From: Scyliorhinus canicula
Lineage: Eukaryota
Assembly: GCF_902713615.1 (NCBI RefSeq)
Contig: NW_024056025.1
Span: 646,657 to 710,656 of the forward strand
Reading direction: 5' to 3'
DNA: 64,000 nucleotides
In this document: one piece after another, positions 63,526-64,000 of the stretch
Numbering within the stretch: the stretch's first letter is position 1
How the letters are laid out: each line of letters opens with the position of its first letter
Notes under the pieces: generated by a model
Database searches by the model: none
Seen by the model: the letters and a program-made list of their open reading frames with translations, nothing else
What the model was told of the DNA's origin: nothing
Translations under genes and position numbers: made by a program

Positions 63526-64000
63526 TTTGATGAAGTTTTCCGTTGGTCAACCAACTTGTTTTCTTCATTTCTTTGCGGCGCAGACGACGGGATTCATTCA
63601 CATTGGGGTTGCTTTGAGAAGCTGAGCTCACACTGCAGGGAACCAAGGCAGGAACCAATTTTCCCGAGAAAATCGAGAAATTTTGGCAAAGCTTGTCGAT
63701 GTGTGGGCATTCACATCTCTATTGACTAATTCTGGTGGATTCAGGCAACTCTCTGTCCCTTTTATTTTATCAGTTCAACAATTTCAGACTGTGAACTCTC
63801 TCCTCCCCCTCCACCACCTGTTTATTGCCATCACCTTATTTTCATTCCTTCCATTGATATGTTTTACCCTCAGCATTGCCCCCCCCCCCCCCCCCCCCAG
63901 CACATACCATCCTACTTCAGCAATCTGATCCCTGTTTGTAATTGTTCTCTGACACACTGCTTACCTTTGTTCTGCCATTAACACATTCTGGCCTCTTAAT

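Overview
Eukaryotic genomic DNA from a cartilaginous fish (shark; inferred from the IgH cluster layout and the elasmobranch-type SINE/CR1 repeats), covering an antigen-receptor locus. On the minus strand at 10.4-12.2 kb is an intact germline IgM-type heavy-chain cassette (leader-VH-D1-D2-JH) with correct 23 | 12/22 | 12/12 | 23 RSSs. No constant exon is visible in the 10.4 kb downstream of JH. That stretch holds a 6-kb strand-asymmetric G/T satellite and, at the window edge, an AGCT-dense 29-bp tandem array. On the plus strand at 59.8-62.9 kb are two ORF-intact TCR alpha/delta-type V genes and one V pseudogene, all with 23-spacer RSSs, so the Ig and TCR segments lie head-to-head about 47 kb apart. 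One 342-N gap lies between them. The spacer is mostly retroelements (CR1, Rex1/Babar, RTE, tRNA-derived SINEs), an old 5.9-kb tandem duplication carrying tRNA-Asn relics, a 78-bp minisatellite, a RUNX/ETS/E-box/TCF motif cluster and a near-consensus CTCF motif. Most ORFs in the supplied track are spurious repeat read-throughs. Family assignments come from motif recognition, not database searches, and old-repeat boundaries are approximate.
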